A stretch of DNA of 64,000 nt from Tetramitus jugosus (taxonomy: Eukaryota > Protista > Heterolobosea), in assembly GCA_937625935.1 (NCBI GenBank), contig OW569392.1:265989-329988 (forward strand), read 5' to 3'. Below the pieces are notes generated by a model that ran no database searches, was not told the DNA's origin, and was given only the letters and a program-made list of their open reading frames with translations. The translations under genes and the position numbers were made by a program. This document shows, in pieces, positions 60,401 through 64,000 of the stretch; positions within the stretch are counted from its first letter, which is position 1; each line of letters begins with the position of its first letter.

Positions 60401-62713
60401 TGTAGCGTCTAAATCATTTAGACGATTGGCAGTCTAAATATATATTTAGACATCTTCCCCGTCTAAATCTCCGCTGCAGAAATTGGTTGAAGCGGAACTC
60501 AACCAAAAACAACAAAAACAAAAAGCATGTGTTTATTGTGGATAAACAATCATCAACTCACTCACATCGAAGCACCCAACATCACCAATCGAATATTTGT
60601 CAGCATAGACATGGTCAGCAGAACAGAATGCAATGACTCTCACCATACAACTCTTATTCTCCAAAATCCAACGTTCTAATGTGCCACAACCAATTACTCC
60701 ATTGGTATCCTTGATGAATACAGTCATGGGAATGGGTTGAGATGGTGGTGACACAGGTAGTTCTGCGTTTACATCAATTGTAGCTCTTCTTTTTGCATCT
60801 GGTTCATCATCATGCTGAGAGTTATCCACTTTGTTTCTTCTCCGTTTTCTTATCATATCCTTTCTACTAACAACTTTTGTTTGAGGTTCATCATCTTCTA
60901 AAGATTGGGATTGTTCTTGTGGTTCTGATGGAGCTTGTGTTGTTGGTTCTACTGGCCGATCTGGACTTGGTTGTACGTCTACTGGAGATTGAGATGGTTG
61001 TTGTGTTGCTGGTGGTTCTGGTTTATTGCTCTCGTACAAACCTTCAGGTTCATCAGCCTCAAAATCCTCCTCGTTGTAGCCCAGCTCATCATCATCTCCC
61101 TCAACTGGCGATGAAGGTTCAGTTCTAACATCATCACCAAAATGGAATAATCTAATGTCTCTGGCTGAATAGCATATATTGGATACAGTGTAAGGTCCTT
61201 CAATGGATTTGATACCACCAGTTGCTTGCCATTCCAGTTTGTACTTGTACAGACTTTGCCCATTAGCATCAGTTAATTCTGCTACAATTTTAGCTTTTCT
61301 CCCCCACAGGTAAGATGTGCTACTTCGATATTTGCTTGGAACACGGACTACCACTACATCATCTACTTTGAATTGAGGAATACAGTTTGGATGCTTACGT
61401 AGATATGCTGCTTGAGCTCTGTGCCCCTTTTTCTCAATTCTCTGTCTGATGAGATCAATTGTATACACCCTCTTCACTCTATCCTCAACAGATAATTCAT
61501 TTGGATTCAGACAGTAGCAAATTGACCAAGCTTCTAGTGGTTTCATACCAATGGTACTGTGCACAGCATTAAGATATGAATTGACTACAGATTCCACATG
61601 ACATTTCCATCTGGTTGTTTGATGCAATCTCATTTGTTGGAGCAACGATTTCTTCAAAGTTTGATTCAATCTCTCAACAAGACCTTGAACCCAAGGAGAA
61701 TATGCTGGTCCTTCCTTCTTCTTGACTCCATACTTCTGGCACACTTGTAATACAGATGCTGCAATAAATTCACCACCATTATCAGATCTCAAATTGATTT
61801 CATATTTACAGATACCATCTGTACCAACTTCTGGAAGATTCAATTCATTCTTAAATAAGTTCTCTAGAAACTTCACTACTGTCTCTGCCTTCTTGTTCTT
61901 AATTGAAACTACCCATGCATACTTTGTCAAGTGATCCACGACCACCAAGAGACCAATCTCTTGTCCATCTTTCTGAAGAAATGAAAGATCAATGTACAAG
62001 TGTTGAGCTGCATGATCTGGAACAACGTAACGAAATGGAGGAGCTGGAACTCGATTGATTGTTCTTCCACTTTGTGCACAATGGAGACACGAATTAACAA
62101 CTTCACTTACTTTACGTTGTACACCACCTGCCATCAGAATGAAGCTGGAATGCAGTGCTTGTTGTGTTCTTTTCTGTCCAACATGCGATCCACCGGAACA
62201 CACATGGGCTTCTTTGATTGCTGCTACTTCTTCATGATCTCTTGGGATCCAGTACCATTCTACTCCATCAGCAACTTTACCAGCATACATAGTTTCAGCA
62301 TTAAACTTTTCTGCTAACGATTCTACTTCTTTCTCTTGTTCAGTTAATGTATGTGACATACGAAACTCATCTGTCCATTTATTTACAGCATAATACAATC
62401 TTCCAGTCTCTGCAACATATTTGAATCTTGATGGTGCGTTGAGTTTACCATTTTCATAGTACTCTCTTGCTTCATTGATTGTTTTTACAGTTGGTGGTTT
62501 CTTGTTCTTCCGTCCTTTAGTACCACCTTTACGATTATTAATTGGAACTTCTGTTTCAGTCTCTGACATTGTTTGTTTGTTGGATTGTGGTGTAACGATC
62601 ATGAGTTCTGTAACGACCTTGAAGTTTTGAAACTTTACAAGCGGAGATTTAGACAAGGAAGTTTCTAAATCGACATTTAGACGGCTATCGTCTAAATACA
62701 TTTAGACGCTACA
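60401..62713 (-). mobile_element. Ginger/Tdd-type integrase DNA transposon, copy B (intact)
   Basis: TGTAGCGTCTAAAT...ATTTAGACGCTACA termini, about 74-bp imperfect TIRs, 5-bp TSD CAGAG (60396-60400, 62714-62718), 2313 bp. Confidence 0.95.
60533..62569 (-). CDS. Retroviral-like integrase/transposase of Ginger copy B
   Basis: Uninterrupted ORF (likely start MSETE at 62569). HxxxxxxH...CLHC finger, HLYIDLSF, RSDNGGEF, GLVERLN with exactly 35 residues between D and E, SH3-like C-terminal module, NLS KRRRNK. Confidence 0.93.
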   Translation of the reverse strand: MSETETEVPINNRKGGTKGRKNKKPPTVKTINEAREYYENGKLNAPSRFKYVAETGRLYYAVNKWTDEFRMSHTLTEQEKEVESLAEKFNAETMYAGKVADGVEWYWIPRDHEEVAAIKEAHVCSGGSHVGQKRTQQALHSSFILMAGGVQRKVSEVVNSCLHCAQSGRTINRVPAPPFRYVVPDHAAQHLYIDLSFLQKDGQEIGLLVVVDHLTKYAWVVSIKNKKAETVVKFLENLFKNELNLPEVGTDGICKYEINLRSDNGGEFIAASVLQVCQKYGVKKKEGPAYSPWVQGLVERLNQTLKKSLLQQMRLHQTTRWKCHVESVVNSYLNAVHSTIGMKPLEAWSICYCLNPNELSVEDRVKRVYTIDLIRQRIEKKGHRAQAAYLRKHPNCIPQFKVDDVVVVRVPSKYRSSTSYLWGRKAKIVAELTDANGQSLYKYKLEWQATGGIKSIEGPYTVSNICYSARDIRLFHFGDDVRTEPSSPVEGDDDELGYNEEDFEADEPEGLYESNKPEPPATQQPSQSPVDVQPSPDRPVEPTTQAPSEPQEQSQSLEDDEPQTKVVSRKDMIRKRRRNKVDNSQHDDEPDAKRRATIDVNAELPVSPPSQPIPMTVFIKDTNGVIGCGTLERWILENKSCMVRVIAFCSADHVYADKYSIGDVGCFDVSELMIVYPQ

Positions 62714-63229
62714 CAGAGGATTGATGGTGAATGGCAACACTCCAGTGGTTCCACCCTTCAAAACTTGCTTTGGTGTTTGCTTCATGTTTGATCTAAACTC
62801 ATCCAATACATGCTTGTTCTCCTGACTAGATGTCTTCCATCGAAGTGGATCATGATGGCCATGTGACCCACTGGTATAGAAGAAGATATCAGAACTGCTG
62901 GAACATTTGCCATGGTACATTCGTGCAGTACAACCAACAGACTGAAGCTTGGATTCGTGTTGTGGACATGATGGATCCTTCTTCTTGTTGCAAATTGCAT
63001 AGTTGCAGCCATCTTCTGGACATTGTTTGCATCCATTGCACTTGTAACCAGTAATACTCCATGTCTTGTTCCAGATTTGTTTCATTTCATATCCAGACTT
63101 TCCAAAACGAGAGTACTGAACAGATTCCAAGAAATGGTTACTGTCATTATCGCAATACATGTAACAAGTGTCTCCCTTGGGATACGGTACTGCTTCTGCG
63201 ACCTTCACTGGTACTACTTTAGCGAGAAC

Positions 63230-64000
63230 TTGGGTTGGGTTTGGGTTTGGGTTTGGGTTTGGGTTTGGGTTTGGGTTTGGGTTTGGGTTTGGGTTTGGGT
63301 TTGGGTTTGGGTTTGGGTTTGGGTTTGGGTTTGGGTTTGGGTTTGGGTTTGGGTTTGGGTTTGGGTTTGGGTTTGGGTTTGGGTTTGGGTTTGGGTTTGG
63401 GTTTGGGTTTGGGTTTGGGTTTGGGTTTGGGTTTGGGTTTGGGTTTGGGTTTGGGTTTGGGTTTGGGTTTGGGTTTGGGTTTGGGTTTGGGTTTGGGTTT
63501 GGGTTTGGGTTTGGGTTTGGGTTTGGGTTTGGGTTTGGGTTTGGGTTTGGGTTTGGGTTTGGGTTTGGGTTTGGGTTTGGGTTTGGGTTTGGGTTTGGGT
63601 TTGGGTTTGGGTTTGGGTTTGGGTTTGGGTTTGGGTTTGGGTTTGGGTTTGGGTTTGGGTTTGGGTTTGGGTTTGGGTTTGGGTTTGGGTTTGGGTTTGG
63701 GTTTGGGTTTGGGTTTGGGTTTGGGTTTGGGTTTGGGTTTGGGTTTGGGTTTGGGTTTGGGTTTGGGTTTGGGTTTGGGTTTGGGTTTGGGTTTGGGTTT
63801 GGGTTTGGGTTTGGGTTTGGGTTTGGGTTTGGGTTTGGGTTTGGGTTTGGGTTTGGGTTTGGGTTTGGGTTTGGGTTTGGGTTTGGGTTTGGGTTTGGGT
63901 TTGGGTTTGGGTTTGGGTTTGGGTTTGGGTTTGGGTTTGGGTTTGGGTTTGGGTTTGGGTTTGGGTTTGGGTTTGGGTTTGGGTTTGGGTTTGGGTTTGG
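63230..64000 (+). repeat. Telomere, (TTTGGG)n
   Basis: Homogeneous hexamer array to the window end, with the G-rich strand running 5'->3' outward. Two TTGGG variant units at the junction. Confidence 0.97.

Larger units (their letters stand above)
59310..63229 (-). mobile_element. Mutator/MULE-like transposase gene, split by Ginger copy B and cut by the telomere
   Basis: 62714-63229 encodes a WRKY/GCM1-like Cys/His finger (CNGCKQCPEDGC...C...HGH). 59455-60395 encodes WCIDLKHK (D1), VLADFS (D2) and GCLVHF (CxxH). Removing 60401-62718 restores the frame (INPL/FINIDRI). Confidence 0.82.

Noticed and set aside
62570-62701. N-terminal 44 aa of the 722-aa ORF (MYLDDSRL...)
   Set aside because: It starts inside the terminal repeat. 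The ATG at 62569 has the A-rich leader typical of other genes here.
45046-62713. Integrase ORFs as parts of LTR retrotransposons or Polintons/virophages
   Set aside because: No gag, protease, RT, RNase H, LTRs, pPolB, packaging ATPase or capsid ORFs. TIRs and TSDs closely bracket the single integrase gene.
63230-64000. Translation of telomeric repeats as a Pro-Asn leader fused to the MULE
   Set aside because: The frame is open only because the hexamer has no stop. There is no start codon or promoter evidence.

Overview
A chromosome end from a gene-dense microbial eukaryote. It uses the standard genetic code and has short GT-AG introns. The gene repertoire (Venus-flytrap receptor adenylyl cyclase, RGS-START, EGF-repeat TKL kinase) suggests a Discoba/heterolobosean-like protist; this is an inference. 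Bases 1-41.3 kb hold about 23 compact genes and one tRNA-Met. These include PTEN-like, ORP/OSBP, Vps34, receptor adenylyl cyclase, syntaxin, CIB-like, METTL25-like, acid phosphatase, a GPI-protein pair, DODA-type dioxygenase, receptor kinase and GH79-malectin genes. A poly(A)-tailed, TSD-flanked, ORF1-only non-LTR retroelement sits 46 bp upstream of the tRNA, in the geometry known for Dictyostelium TRE5. Bases 41.3-63.2 kb are a subtelomeric graveyard of nested mobile elements: IS630/Tc1, three Ginger/Tdd-type integrase DNA transposons, a tyrosine-recombinase remnant, piggyBac and Mutator/MULE. Two of the Ginger elements are complete, with 5-bp TSDs and a shared five-site palindromic end architecture. 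One intact bacterial-type AAA-ATPase/PD-(D/E)XK gene with an apparent mitochondrial presequence also lies in this region. A (TTTGGG)n telomere starts near 63230 and is joined inside the open frame of the MULE transposase. All calls come from motif reading by eye; no database searches were run.
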